Shown: positions 10,094 through 19,650 of the stretch, piece by piece
Position numbering within the stretch: position 1 is the first letter of the stretch
Layout of the letters: the number at the start of each line of letters is the position of its first letter
Origin: a virus
Lineage: Duplodnaviria > Heunggongvirae > Uroviricota > Caudoviricetes
IMG/VR virus record: IMGVR_UViG_2823670853_000002
DNA length: 64,000 nucleotides
Strand: one strand, 5' to 3'
The notes under the pieces: model-generated
Told to the model about the DNA's origin: nothing
The model's database searches: none
What the model saw: the letters and a program-made list of their open reading frames with translations, nothing else
Position numbers and translations under genes: made by a program

Positions 10094-10266
10094 CTTACAG
10101 CGTACCCTTTCTTCCGCCTGTTCTGTGACGCAGTAGGCTTACGCTTTGCGGCAAAAGCCACCTGACCAAATGGATGGAGTACCGCTATCTTATGGTTGCT
10201 AATAACCAGCTCCACCACACGCACAGGTCGCTGTAAAAAAAGTCGTTTTGCCTTACGGTTTTTCAT
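10090..10266 (-). CDS. Small basic protein, paralog 2 of a tandem trio
   Basis: 58 aa starting MKNRKAK; shares a ~20-bp nucleotide repeat at its start with paralog 3; ATGA overlap with upstream ORF. Confidence 0.3.
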   Translation of the reverse strand: MKNRKAKRLFLQRPVRVVELVISNHKIAVLHPFGQVAFAAKRKPTASQNRRKKGYAVR

Positions 10267-10439
10267 CGCTTTGCTCTCCTGCGTCTCTTTGCTGCTCGTC
10301 GTGCCGCTGCAATACCGGTATGGCGGCGCTTTGGTGCCGGGATGATGTTGTCAGCCATCAGGACATACGGCTTTGCAATTAGCGCAGAAGCCCAAAAACG
10401 AGTCGGGTACGGTAACAAGCCGATACATGCCACACGCAT
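10263..10439 (-). CDS. Small basic protein with arginine-rich C-terminus
   Basis: 57 aa ending AARRAAKRRRRAKR; ATG overlaps stop of the Ea22-like gene (TAATG). Confidence 0.3.
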   Translation of the reverse strand: MRVACIGLLPYPTRFWASALIAKPYVLMADNIIPAPKRRHTGIAAARRAAKRRRRAKR

Positions 10440-11191
10440 TACTCACCTCCTTTGATGCGAATGCCTGCGGCGCGGATTGCAGCGATGACTTCAGAAACTT
10501 TGTATGCCATTACCGTTTGGTAATCATCGTGAAAATCTGTTCGATGAAGCATGCTGCTACGTTCCGGGAGCGATATTTCCCGAGCATCCAGTTCCTTAAC
10601 GCGTTCCTCCAGTTCGTAGACCCTGCATTGTTCTCTATCATCAATCAGATATACCCCAAGACATTCGCTTTCTACCCAACCGCCAAAATCATGATCGTAA
10701 CGCTCACATGAAAACTCACCGTCACCGTCCTTTGTTGGAATGGTGTAACTATCTAATGGGCCACCATATGTCGGCACATTTCCCAATGTTGGATGCTCAA
10801 TCCACATGAAAAATGCACGTCCGGTTATTGGGCAAATATCTGGCCGCCATTGGTTACGAACAGCCTTGGTTTCGGATAATTCTTCAGCGTGTTGTTTTAC
10901 TTCCTCAAGCTCAACTCTCAGCTTCCCTACCGTTAGCGCAATATCCTCGTTCTCCTGATCGCGGCGTTTTATGTATTGCTGGTTTCTTTCCCGTTCATCC
11001 AGCAGCGCCAGCACGGTTTCTGGTCCGGTCAGAAATTTGAAGGCGTTGAGCGCATCAATATCCACGCCGTAATCTTTAAGTTCCTGTTCGCTTATCAGAT
11101 CATCATCAACTGGCAACATTAACAGGCGTTCCATTGCCGGAATTGCACGCTCTGCCGCCTCACGCAGTGCCTGATAGTCAATCTTGCTCAC
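10439..11191 (-). CDS. Ead/Ea22-like family protein
   Basis: 250 aa starting MSKIDYQALREAAERA..., the characteristic N-terminus of Ea22-like prophage proteins. Confidence 0.6.
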   Translation of the reverse strand: MSKIDYQALREAAERAIPAMERLLMLPVDDDLISEQELKDYGVDIDALNAFKFLTGPETVLALLDERERNQQYIKRRDQENEDIALTVGKLRVELEEVKQHAEELSETKAVRNQWRPDICPITGRAFFMWIEHPTLGNVPTYGGPLDSYTIPTKDGDGEFSCERYDHDFGGWVESECLGVYLIDDREQCRVYELEERVKELDAREISLPERSSMLHRTDFHDDYQTVMAYKVSEVIAAIRAAGIRIKGGE

Positions 11192-11919
11192 TGGTTGCCT
11201 CCTTTTCGAAGCTCTGCGGCAAAGTCAGTGGCATGTTCACCGAGTAGTTTCCAGTTATCGCGTATATCAGATGCAAATGACTGTTCGGATTTTGAGTTAC
11301 ATTTCTGTGCAAACATCTCCAATCCCTGCGCCCGCACTTCAGCCAGGCATTTGCGAAACTCGGAAACGTACTGTTCGACGCTCATTCCCCAGCTAAGTGG
11401 ACATTCATTGAATGTTTCGCCTTCGTGCTCTTCATCAGGTAGCTCTTTGGTAAAGAACTCACGCTCAATGGCGTGGAGTGTGTCAGCAAAACGACGTAAG
11501 TTACTCAAACCTACCGTAATGGAGAATTCAGGAGCATCACATCCGACGCCCATCTGCTGATAAACGGCGGTTTTGAAGGCCTTAAGCCCCGCATTCTCCG
11601 CCACCAGCGCCGCGAGATTAGTCTCAAGCTCTGCAATTCGACACATAGCATCAATATTTGTGTCCTCCAGGCGCTTAATTTCACCAAGCAGCTCCAGTGC
11701 AACCTTTGGGTTGAACGCGGCAACATAACGAGCGTTATTCTCTGCGTTTTCCTGTCCATCAAAGCCGGGCCATTTGATAACGTCTCCACATCGTTTATCA
11801 CCGGGTGTATGCACCGCATATGTACCAGTACCCGGCGAAATAAATGCGACCCATTCGTCTGGTGTTGCCTTTTCTGCCGCCTCACGCAGTACCTGATAGT
11901 CAATTGTCATTCTCGCCAT
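11188..11919 (-). CDS. Ead/Ea22-like family protein (second tandem copy)
   Basis: 243 aa, MARMTIDYQVLREAAEKATPDEW...; N-terminal module shared with the adjacent paralog, C-terminus divergent. Confidence 0.6.
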   Translation of the reverse strand: MARMTIDYQVLREAAEKATPDEWVAFISPGTGTYAVHTPGDKRCGDVIKWPGFDGQENAENNARYVAAFNPKVALELLGEIKRLEDTNIDAMCRIAELETNLAALVAENAGLKAFKTAVYQQMGVGCDAPEFSITVGLSNLRRFADTLHAIEREFFTKELPDEEHEGETFNECPLSWGMSVEQYVSEFRKCLAEVRAQGLEMFAQKCNSKSEQSFASDIRDNWKLLGEHATDFAAELRKGGNQ

Positions 11920-12533
11920 CCTTCACAGTTGTAATCACGACAGCCTTCAAAATCATATGGGCTGTACTGCCAGGTGATTTTTCCGCAATGCGGACAATTC
12001 CAACGCACCTTCCCGCTTCGCGACTTCTTTCTTCTGTTCTGCTTTTTCAACCAGTCAGGCATGACCAAACCTGCGCCCTGAACCATTGTTCTGCGGTTAA
12101 ATTTATTGATATTGAACGTCCGGCGCTTTGCTGCATCAGCAATGGAAAATGGCAACCAAACTATTCCTGGTTCGTTTTTGTTGGCGACGCTAAAGATGGT
12201 CGCTTTACTGAAGTCATCTGTTGGCAATCCACCGTGTTGAAGCCAGTAAACATCGTTGCCGTTCCAGCTACCTTTTTTGTAGGCCACATACGCAGTGCAA
12301 TCTGACTCAATCAGGCTTTCTGTAGGGATGTACTGGCAATCAACGTGCCACACAGCCATTGCATCCACACTATCGGCACAAACAGGCTGATCGATATCTC
12401 GCCCACAATTCCAGGCTTTTTGGGCTTCTTCCAGCGTGTAAACATGAGCGCGATCGATATCAGAACTGTAACCATTGCCGTTATGGCAATGGAATGAGGC
12501 GTTATTACCCACAGTTTCACGCAAGCACATCAT
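11907..12533 (-). CDS. Hypothetical protein with C-terminal zinc-ribbon-like motif
   Basis: Start placed at internal Met (MMCLRETVG); C-terminus CPHCGK...C..C; longer frame would overlap the upstream gene. Confidence 0.35.
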   Translation of the reverse strand: MMCLRETVGNNASFHCHNGNGYSSDIDRAHVYTLEEAQKAWNCGRDIDQPVCADSVDAMAVWHVDCQYIPTESLIESDCTAYVAYKKGSWNGNDVYWLQHGGLPTDDFSKATIFSVANKNEPGIVWLPFSIADAAKRRTFNINKFNRRTMVQGAGLVMPDWLKKQNRRKKSRSGKVRWNCPHCGKITWQYSPYDFEGCRDYNCEGWRE

Positions 12534-12547
12534 GTAAAAACGGTTAC

Positions 12548-12787
12548 TCACTGGATGCCTCCTTGGTGAAGTTGCGCTGCGATGCACGAAAAAAAAGACT
12601 CCCGAGTATGACTGTTAAGAGCTGGTGCGAACGCCTCGTTAAGAACGGCGGCATCACAGCCGTCATCAATATAGAGCGCAATTTTTTTCTCCAGGCGCGC
12701 TTTGGCTTCCTGCAACTGCATACCCCGGCACGCACGCGGGATATAATCAGCAATTTGAGCGATAGCTTTTTCGTTCTGTTTAAACAT
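12548..12787 (-). CDS. Small hypothetical protein
   Basis: 79-aa ORF, operon-packed. Confidence 0.3.
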   Translation of the reverse strand: MFKQNEKAIAQIADYIPRACRGMQLQEAKARLEKKIALYIDDGCDAAVLNEAFAPALNSHTRESFFSCIAAQLHQGGIQ

Positions 12788-12983
12788 GCTTCACCTCGAT
12801 AGGCTTGATGGTGTCTAACAGCAGTCGGCGGCGCGTATTTTCTGCAAAATGGCGGCGTCCAGTTTCTTTGTGGTAAAACTCGTTTTTGCCAACGACCCAC
12901 ATCCGCTCTGTTTGGTGCAGTTTTTTTACCTGCGGGCCATCTTTGGTGATCACGGTACCGGTATGGGTTTTTACGATTGTCAT
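12780..12983 (-). CDS. Small hypothetical protein
   Basis: 67-aa ORF, overlaps neighbours by a few nt. Confidence 0.3.
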   Translation of the reverse strand: MTIVKTHTGTVITKDGPQVKKLHQTERMWVVGKNEFYHKETGRRHFAENTRRRLLLDTIKPIEVKHV

Positions 12984-13858
12984 GCCACTACCTCTTCGAA
13001 TTTCAACTCCAATTGGTCACCCCAGATTTCACATGATTCGGAACACGAACCAGTATCAAACCGCTTGGCCTGCACCATCGCCTGATACAAATTTCTGTAG
13101 TCGCTGTCGGCATACATTCTGGCAATCCCGTCAAGCGTCAGGTGACCACGGTACATAACGTCTTTACCTGTTCTGCGATGACCATCCCTGACGTGTTTGC
13201 CTGTAACCAGTTCGTTAAAAACCCGCATCAGACCTGGTTCGTCTTTACATGCAAGCCCCAGCTTTTGCGTTGACTTTTTGATGCAAAAAACACAGTTCCC
13301 GAGGTGCTCCGGGATTTGCAAATCAAAAGGTTGTTTTCGCCACCACCGGATAACATCCGACTTATCAAAATCTGACAGCTCGGCAAGATACCGGACGCCC
13401 GGTTTCGGTTTCAGCCTACGGGGTTCGTCCGCACGAATACCGAGCCATGTGATGTAATTCCCTCGCCCAAAATGGTCATCGCAATATTTCGTGAAAGGGG
13501 TGAGTTTTAGCCTGTCAGTACAGAACGCGCCGCCGATGTATGGCGTACCGTACTTTTTAACCATGTCCATAAACGGTTTAAGCACCGGCGTTCGCGTCTG
13601 AATATCCTTTGGTCCCCATTCCGTATAACCATTTGGCTGCCCAAGTTCTGGATTTATATCGACCTGCAACACCGTTAGCGGTACGTTCCAGAACTTCACA
13701 ACCTCACGAATAAAGCGATACGTCAGAGGATGTTCACAGCCGGTATCCATAAAAATGAAATGGACGCTAGCGCCAGCTTTTCGCTGTGCTTCCATCAGAT
13801 GAACGAGATAAGCCGATGTTCGTCCACCTGAAAAGCTGACGACTTGATGCATACTCAC
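12980..13858 (-). CDS. Phosphoadenosine phosphosulfate (PAPS) reductase-like protein
   Basis: 292 aa with the PP-loop motif SFSGGRTS near the N-terminus, as in PAPS reductase/DndC-like ATP pyrophosphatases. Confidence 0.7.
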   Translation of the reverse strand: MSMHQVVSFSGGRTSAYLVHLMEAQRKAGASVHFIFMDTGCEHPLTYRFIREVVKFWNVPLTVLQVDINPELGQPNGYTEWGPKDIQTRTPVLKPFMDMVKKYGTPYIGGAFCTDRLKLTPFTKYCDDHFGRGNYITWLGIRADEPRRLKPKPGVRYLAELSDFDKSDVIRWWRKQPFDLQIPEHLGNCVFCIKKSTQKLGLACKDEPGLMRVFNELVTGKHVRDGHRRTGKDVMYRGHLTLDGIARMYADSDYRNLYQAMVQAKRFDTGSCSESCEIWGDQLELKFEEVVA

Positions 13859-13861
13859 GGT

Positions 13862-14590
13862 TTATTCCTGAATGCGCTTAAACTCAATTACCCATACCCA
13901 GGGATTAGCGTTCCAGCTTTCTTCACCATAGATGGATTCCCACAGACGCTGGAACGCAACCTTGGCCATTGCGAAATCCCCCTTGGGAGTAAGGAATGTT
14001 TCCGGGTAATCAGGAAGCAAACTTCCAGCAGGCGGAACGCCCTCAGCCCCTGCATCGCATTCGCTGATATCGTTCAACCGCTCAACGCGCACGTTGGTAA
14101 TTTCCAACAGAATGCGTGATGCCCATCGCGGCATGTGAATTGATGGACGCCACCCACCATCAAACTTTTCATTCACAGTGTGAGGTTTCCAGTCGGCATC
14201 ATCGGGTATCGACCATAAGCCGTAATCACCAGGCTTTTGCTCACAACTGGCCCGATAAATCCTTGCTGCGTTCTTCTCATCACCACGACAAAGGTTGTCG
14301 TTCCAGTCCACACTACAACCATCCTCATTGCCTAATATCGCCCATGTTTCACGAACCCAAATTCGATCGCCGACGATACCAAAGGGGCAATTGAAGACAC
14401 TGCTTACACCATCAGCCCCGTACCACTGAAAACCTGCACCAATTTTTCTAACCATCACTGGTGCTTCTGGACCAACTTCCGCAGGCTGATTTTTCATTAT
14501 CCGCCGCGTCTGCGTTTTCCTTCCTTCGATGATGGCCCGGACCATCTCATCGTTGAAAATCATGCCGCGCTCTTTCACTTCGCCTTTCAT
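13862..14590 (-). CDS. Conserved phage protein of unknown function
   Basis: 242-aa ORF; probable start at Met10 (MIFNDEMVRAIIEGRKTQTRR), an N-terminus seen in prophage proteins adjacent to PAPS-reductase-like genes. Confidence 0.4.
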   Translation of the reverse strand: MKGEVKERGMIFNDEMVRAIIEGRKTQTRRIMKNQPAEVGPEAPVMVRKIGAGFQWYGADGVSSVFNCPFGIVGDRIWVRETWAILGNEDGCSVDWNDNLCRGDEKNAARIYRASCEQKPGDYGLWSIPDDADWKPHTVNEKFDGGWRPSIHMPRWASRILLEITNVRVERLNDISECDAGAEGVPPAGSLLPDYPETFLTPKGDFAMAKVAFQRLWESIYGEESWNANPWVWVIEFKRIQE

Positions 14591-14768
14591 GCATCCCCCT
14601 TACCCATGTGCGACGATGCCGCCAAAAGTGATAGAGAACAGCCAGAAATAGATCGCGGCCATAATGATTTTGAATGCCGTGTTCATATTTTCAGCTCCTG
14701 TGATTGATTGGATACATGCCGCGCCTTGCGGCATGTTTTTATTTTCACTTTCTCTGTTTTAAAAATCA

Positions 14769-14785
14769 AGATTTATTAGAGCAAT
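14769..14785 (-). promoter_or_regulatory. C1 repressor operator-like site
   Basis: Reverse complement ATTGCTCTAATAAATCT matches 16 of 17 consensus positions; overlaps the stop of the HAD gene and precedes the next leftward genes. Confidence 0.6.
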
Positions 14786-15291
14786 TATTGTTGATGGAGA
14801 AGCGCGTTTTCATACTCCCTGACCATTAACGTAAGTACGCCGTGACTCCTGAAAACACGCGCCACTTCAATCTTATCTTCCAGCGCGAACGCGATTTTAC
14901 TTAGACCAATTTTCTTAAGGAGATCAATCTTTGCTGGGCCGTCATTTCTGTCATCGGTGGCAGGACGCATAGATAGCAAAGGCTCAGCCCCGTTTGTTAC
15001 GTGCTTACGCAACCAGGCTCGTGTTTTATCCCTGGCTATCTCACAGCGCCCGGTTACAAACCAGAGGGTGTAAATGCCGGACAACTGGCGCACCATATCA
15101 ATAACTGGAGTGATGGGAGCATCAGTGTCACAGGCAAGATTAAACTCGTTCCAGTGCTCTGTTAATGCACCTTTGCCCGGTGGTGGAAGTAAATGCAGCC
15201 TGTCTTCCGTTGCCTCTGATATCGTCCCATCAATATCTACTATGACGATGTACGGACGTTCCTGGTGTGCGTGTTTATTGAAAATACTCAA
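14785..15291 (-). CDS. HAD-superfamily phosphatase-like protein
   Basis: 168 aa; N-terminal VIVDIDGTI motif (DxDGT) typical of HAD hydrolases / polynucleotide 3'-phosphatases. Confidence 0.5.
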   Translation of the reverse strand: MSIFNKHAHQERPYIVIVDIDGTISEATEDRLHLLPPPGKGALTEHWNEFNLACDTDAPITPVIDMVRQLSGIYTLWFVTGRCEIARDKTRAWLRKHVTNGAEPLLSMRPATDDRNDGPAKIDLLKKIGLSKIAFALEDKIEVARVFRSHGVLTLMVREYENALLHQQ

Positions 15292-15363
15292 ATGCCCTCC
15301 TCATTGGACGAAAAAAATGCTGGTGGGCGCACTCCACCAGCATTAAAAGTGACACTGTAACTA

Positions 15364-16626
15364 TCAGCGAACGTAAATAGTGCCGCCGTTCTCTTTTTCC
15401 CATGCATCGCTACGTGCATAGCAAACATCGAGAAGTCTTCTTGCCGCTGTTTCCTCTAAACCCAATTCGACAACCAACTGCTCATGACGGCGGGTAACCA
15501 CATCAAACAGGGTATGCAACCCTTTAGTTGCCAGATCATCAATGAATTCCGGTTCGAACGGCAGCTCTGCATCTGCCAACATAACCTCTTGCGCCCACTC
15601 AACTCGACGGACCAATTCCGGGCGGCGGCTTTCCATCTCTTTACAGATTAATTCATGGAAGAACTCTACCCAACCTTCCGGCTGGAACTCGCGGAAAATT
15701 GCCAACGGCTGGAAGTTTGGCATCAACCATTCGTTGATTCGGATATCAATGGCATAGCCCATGTCGCAGCAGAACTGATAAGCAAAGTCCAGCTTAGAAA
15801 CGATATAAGGACGCTCGTTATTGAACTCTTTAGGCGATGAGATCCCATAAGCCAGGAGGCGCGGGAAGAAGGAGATTTGCCCTAACGTCGGATGAAGTTT
15901 GCTTGCAGGGAAACGGCGCTCAGTAATGCCATACATTTCCTTCTTGAGCGTCGCAAATTTGGCATTCTCATTAACCAGCGCGGTAACCTCTGCTTTTTTA
16001 TTAGCAAATGCCACGCGCGCCTCGCTTGCATCTTTAATAGTTTTTTTGAGCTGTTGGTTAAGGTCGGCGACCTGCTTACGCAGTTCCTGTCGCTCGCTTT
16101 TAGCTTTGTTATAGCGTTTCTCAAGGTTAAAAGGATCAAGTTTCATGATCTCTTTATATTGAGATTTTAGAGTTGAAATCTGTGAGTTCCGCAGTTCAAC
16201 CATCGCGGTCATTTCATTGAGTTTTGTTTCCAGCTCAATGCTTATACGTTCGGCATTATCAGCACGCTGGTTGGCGTCATGCGTCGCATCGTCGATCGCG
16301 TCCTGTTGCTGGCGTTTCAAATGTTCAATTTGCAGCTGAAGCTCTTCAATTTCTTTACCCTTCAGACCGAGATCCAACTGCATATTTTCAGCTGCATCTA
16401 CCAGGGAGTTATGGCTATCAGCTTCTGCGTTATAAACATCAATAAGCTGTGCGTGAAGCATCTCCGCTGACTGAACCGCATTATCAAAAAAACGTGCTGT
16501 GAGGTCATCACAACTAACGCGGCGTTGCGCGGCCCGGATGTTCTGGATAATGGCCGGGATACCGGCATTCAGGACGTCAGGGATAGATACATTTTCGATT
16601 GATTGGTTTTGTGCTGAAGTGCTCAT
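15364..16626 (-). CDS. Coiled-coil protein with uncharacterised C-terminal domain
   Basis: 420 aa; long heptad-rich central region, globular C-terminal ~180 aa without recognisable motif. Confidence 0.45.
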   Translation of the reverse strand: MSTSAQNQSIENVSIPDVLNAGIPAIIQNIRAAQRRVSCDDLTARFFDNAVQSAEMLHAQLIDVYNAEADSHNSLVDAAENMQLDLGLKGKEIEELQLQIEHLKRQQQDAIDDATHDANQRADNAERISIELETKLNEMTAMVELRNSQISTLKSQYKEIMKLDPFNLEKRYNKAKSERQELRKQVADLNQQLKKTIKDASEARVAFANKKAEVTALVNENAKFATLKKEMYGITERRFPASKLHPTLGQISFFPRLLAYGISSPKEFNNERPYIVSKLDFAYQFCCDMGYAIDIRINEWLMPNFQPLAIFREFQPEGWVEFFHELICKEMESRRPELVRRVEWAQEVMLADAELPFEPEFIDDLATKGLHTLFDVVTRRHEQLVVELGLEETAARRLLDVCYARSDAWEKENGGTIYVR

Positions 16627-16627
16627 T

Positions 16628-16846
16628 TCAAAGTTCCGTATTAGCTTGTGCTTCGGTCATTTTTCCTAAGTATGAAGGTGGAAGGACTACGCAATTTGTA
16701 TCCAGTCCCTCACCTATGGCAGCCTGTAAAATTCTGGCTAAGGTGAGTCTCTTGTTGCGATACCTGGTGATGACATGCCTGATACCGCCGGTCGGCGTAA
16801 CAAAGGCGATCAGCCAGTAGTGATATTTCCGTCGGAATGGCCACAT
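16628..16846 (-). CDS. Small hypothetical protein
   Basis: 72-aa ORF immediately downstream of the bipartite operator. Confidence 0.3.
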   Translation of the reverse strand: MWPFRRKYHYWLIAFVTPTGGIRHVITRYRNKRLTLARILQAAIGEGLDTNCVVLPPSYLGKMTEAQANTEL

Positions 16847-16860
16847 AGTGCACCTTATGG

Positions 16861-16926
16861 ATTGCTCTAATAAAAAACGTGATGAGTGTACATCACGTTT
16901 TAAAAATATGGAATTATTAGAGCAAT
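16861..16926. promoter_or_regulatory. Bipartite C1 operator-like pair flanking a palindrome
   Basis: ATTGCTCTAATAAAAAA (16861-16877, plus) and reverse complement ATTGCTCTAATAATTCA (16910-16926), each 14 of 17, bracket the inverted repeat CGTGATGAGTGTACATCACG. Confidence 0.45.
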
Positions 16927-16927
16927 A

Positions 16928-17629
16928 TTATTCTGATTCTCGCTCAAAAAACGAGCTAATGAGGGGAAGCCAATCCTCTGACACTTCGCGAGGCCGCGGT
17001 TTGCCGTGGAAAAAGATTATTCGGCAGTCCTTTGGTAATGTCCCATTCCCCCTGGAGTAACGCGCGCTCGCATATTTTGAACCAGGTTCCACAACATCGG
17101 CCTTGTAACTTACAAACCATCCTGGATACAGATCCTGAAATGCTGGTGTATCATCACCCATAACCTTCCGCAAAAACCCCTGATCACCCCAGCATTCAGT
17201 AGTAACACAACGAGCAATCCAACCTTCCGGATCTTGCCAGAATGCACTCCAGATATGCGCTTTTACACTATTTGGTATCCACAGGGCACCGCTACCACGA
17301 TATTGTGGATGGTAAAAATCCCTAAGCATGGTGAAGCTGGTTGGTGGATTCTCAAGGATTGGGCGTATATCACCGGCAATAACTGTGTCCAAATCCAGAT
17401 AGAACAGATCATCGGTTATATCCGGTCGGAACAACTCGATTTTCGCCCACCAGCCACGGCACTTTTGCCACTGGTTGATCAATGGGATAACTTTGACGCC
17501 AGGTACATGTAAACGCTTCAGGTCTGTCAGGCAAATAATTTCATAGCCTTTTGGCAGTTGATTAACCAGCCACTGCACATCGGAAGCGTTATAGTCACCA
17601 CCAGAGCGAAAAACTAAAGCAATCTTCAT
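16928..17629 (-). CDS. Putative GT-A-fold glycosyltransferase-like protein
   Basis: 233 aa; Rossmann-like start [12 protein letters not shown] and a DXD-type motif ([11 protein letters not shown]); assignment from motif only. Confidence 0.35.
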   Translation of the reverse strand: MKIALVFRSGGDYNASDVQWLVNQLPKGYEIICLTDLKRLHVPGVKVIPLINQWQKCRGWWAKIELFRPDITDDLFYLDLDTVIAGDIRPILENPPTSFTMLRDFYHPQYRGSGALWIPNSVKAHIWSAFWQDPEGWIARCVTTECWGDQGFLRKVMGDDTPAFQDLYPGWFVSYKADVVEPGSKYASARYSRGNGTLPKDCRIIFFHGKPRPREVSEDWLPLISSFFERESE

Positions 17630-18318
17630 GCTGCACCATCACCTTTCACTTTCATCAATGTCAGGTTTCCGCAAAATACGGCACCAGTGTCGATATACTG
17701 CTGATTCCAGAATGTCTTCGGGCTTTTCACCGGAGTGTGACCAAAGATAAAACGATCTGCGCCCGAAATTTCGCCACCAATATCATCCATCGAATCACTG
17801 ATACGCTCGCGCGCCCAGACAACGTTGAAAAGCGGCACCTCCTTACCGAATTGGTATTCATTATCCGGATAGTCGGCATGGGCTATAACGATAGTTTCTT
17901 GCCCGGTGTTCAACTCAATGATATAGGGCAGACGCTTTACCAGCTCCACCAGCGCCCAGGCTAATATTTCCTGATCAGTGTCCAGCATGAAGAACCATTG
18001 TCCGCCATTCATTAGCCAGTTATTCACGTTGCCATCTGGACTTAACGCATCAATCATCAGCCGCTCATGGTTCCCCATCACTGCCCTGAACCAGGGCATC
18101 TGCAATAGTTCCAGACATTCGACATTTTCAGTACCGCGATCGATAAGGTCGCCGACCGATATCAGTAAATCCTGCGCCGGGTCAAAATCCACACGATGGA
18201 GTTCGGACATCAGTCTGGTGTAGCAACCATGCAGATCACCAACAACCCAGACATTCCTGTATTTGGTACCGTCGATACGGTGATAAATTGTGGGTGCCAT
18301 CATGTATTCTTCAGCCAT
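17626..18318 (-). CDS. Ser/Thr protein phosphatase (lambda-phosphatase-like metallophosphoesterase)
   Basis: 230 aa with GDLHG, GDLIDRG and GNHE motifs of the PPP family; occupies the position of the P1 protein phosphatase gene (ppp). Confidence 0.85.
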   Translation of the reverse strand: MAEEYMMAPTIYHRIDGTKYRNVWVVGDLHGCYTRLMSELHRVDFDPAQDLLISVGDLIDRGTENVECLELLQMPWFRAVMGNHERLMIDALSPDGNVNNWLMNGGQWFFMLDTDQEILAWALVELVKRLPYIIELNTGQETIVIAHADYPDNEYQFGKEVPLFNVVWARERISDSMDDIGGEISGADRFIFGHTPVKSPKTFWNQQYIDTGAVFCGNLTLMKVKGDGAA

Positions 18319-18926
18319 TCTTTAAGAGTCATCTGCGGAATACCTCCCATTTTCCCGCATGAAACAACGTCAATCTGTTCACGCGCAGACTGGAATAACA
18401 AAGGCAGGTGACTTAGATTTTTTGGCGTGCCGCCGGAGTGAACGCGTGGTTCTTGTGTAGCGTCAACGCCCACCAGGGCGACATGTTTGAATCCGATATG
18501 GAAAGCCAGGTTCAGAGCGCCATATGCACTATTGCCGCTGGCAATTTCATTCTCATCTTCGCAAAGTCCGAAATGTGCGGACCAGCGCCACGCCCACCAC
18601 TCGGGAGAATTCGTATTTTTTGGCTCCATGCCACGTTCAGCCACACGACGGAAGCACAGAACGCCGTCTCTGACTTCACGTTCTTTAACATCGGGTAGTG
18701 CCATGCAATAACAAACACCACGGCGACGGCGGCCACGACCAACGCGCCGCATATTGTCTAGCGATGGATCAAGTGTGAAAAAATAAGAAGCGCGGTTCAG
18801 CCAGTCGATGGCCCCATTGACCGCTATAATCGGCACTCCGCGCGGCGCAACAAAGTTTGCGGCGCTTGGGCCACTGCCGACGATAATAACGCGATCACTG
18901 CCTCTAAATTTATTCTTGGGAAACAT
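18300..18926 (-). CDS. DUF115 (MptE/Maf-like) domain protein, paralog B
   Basis: 208 aa; N-terminal [10 protein letters not shown] nucleotide-binding-like motif resembling the DUF115 signature. Confidence 0.4.
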   Translation of the reverse strand: MFPKNKFRGSDRVIIVGSGPSAANFVAPRGVPIIAVNGAIDWLNRASYFFTLDPSLDNMRRVGRGRRRRGVCYCMALPDVKEREVRDGVLCFRRVAERGMEPKNTNSPEWWAWRWSAHFGLCEDENEIASGNSAYGALNLAFHIGFKHVALVGVDATQEPRVHSGGTPKNLSHLPLLFQSAREQIDVVSCGKMGGIPQMTLKEWLKNT

Positions 18927-19486
18927 TGAATTGCACTGCTCCTACTTGCATTCAAAATATGTAAATCTGCGTGTTTTTTGCGGGTATCCAGGAACTGCTG
19001 TTGCCATTTTGAAATAGACACCTGCGTTGGATTCCGTAGGGCTTGAGGGTGCGCGCCATGCCAATGAAGGCCGTTTTGCAGAGAACAGTCATAGCCGACT
19101 AATACAACTACTTCAGCCCCTGATTCAGCAGCCAGACTGATAGCCTGCGCGCCGCTATTTACCCCTTCCGCCGGTCCACAATATCGCCTGTACTCCAACG
19201 AAAATGATTTCGCCGCCGCCAGGTTGGCTGTCACTTTGCGGAATTTCCCTCCCGGTATGGTGGATCCGTATTGCTTCCACCATGACAAATCACCGGCGTA
19301 TAAGGCATAAATGTCATCGAACATCTGCCAGGAATTGTTAACCGCGATGATTGAACAGCCAGTTTTTTCTATAGCAGCACAGTCCTCACGAGTGAGTGAC
19401 GGACCGCTACCGACACAAAAAACAGTCCTAGTCGCCCTGGGTGGTATGTTCATTCTCAGCTGCAAATTCAGCCTCCAGGCGAGCAT
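18824..19486 (-). CDS. DUF115 (MptE/Maf-like) domain protein, paralog A
   Basis: 220 aa; FCVGSGPSL motif; overlaps paralog B by ~100 nt in a different frame. Confidence 0.4.
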   Translation of the reverse strand: MLAWRLNLQLRMNIPPRATRTVFCVGSGPSLTREDCAAIEKTGCSIIAVNNSWQMFDDIYALYAGDLSWWKQYGSTIPGGKFRKVTANLAAAKSFSLEYRRYCGPAEGVNSGAQAISLAAESGAEVVVLVGYDCSLQNGLHWHGAHPQALRNPTQVSISKWQQQFLDTRKKHADLHILNASRSSAIQCFPRINLEAVIALLSSAVAQAPQTLLRRAECRL

Positions 19487-19634
19487 TCATTTCAGCGATT
19501 ACCGGGTCCACTACAGCATCTGCTTCCTGTTCATTACGCGGCATGATCGATGCCAGCGATTCATAATTAGCCTTGGATGACACGATTATTCTCCCGATGT
19601 TAATGTGCGCTGTATCAAAGATACACATATGCAC
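19428..19634 (-). CDS. Small hypothetical protein (start uncertain)
   Basis: 68-aa ORF downstream of the VRR-NUC gene; acidic C-terminal half. Confidence 0.25.
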   Translation of the reverse strand: MHMCIFDTAHINIGRIIVSSKANYESLASIMPRNEQEADAVVDPVIAEMNARLEAEFAAENEHTTQGD

Positions 19635-19650
19635 TAATTAATTTATTATT

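Noticed and set aside
14716-14745. Plus-strand terminator-like hairpin (ATGCCGC-GCCTT-GCGGCAT plus T-run) inside a minus-strand operon
   Set aside because: No plus-strand gene ends here; it may be a bidirectional structure or chance palindrome, so I did not annotate it as a terminator.
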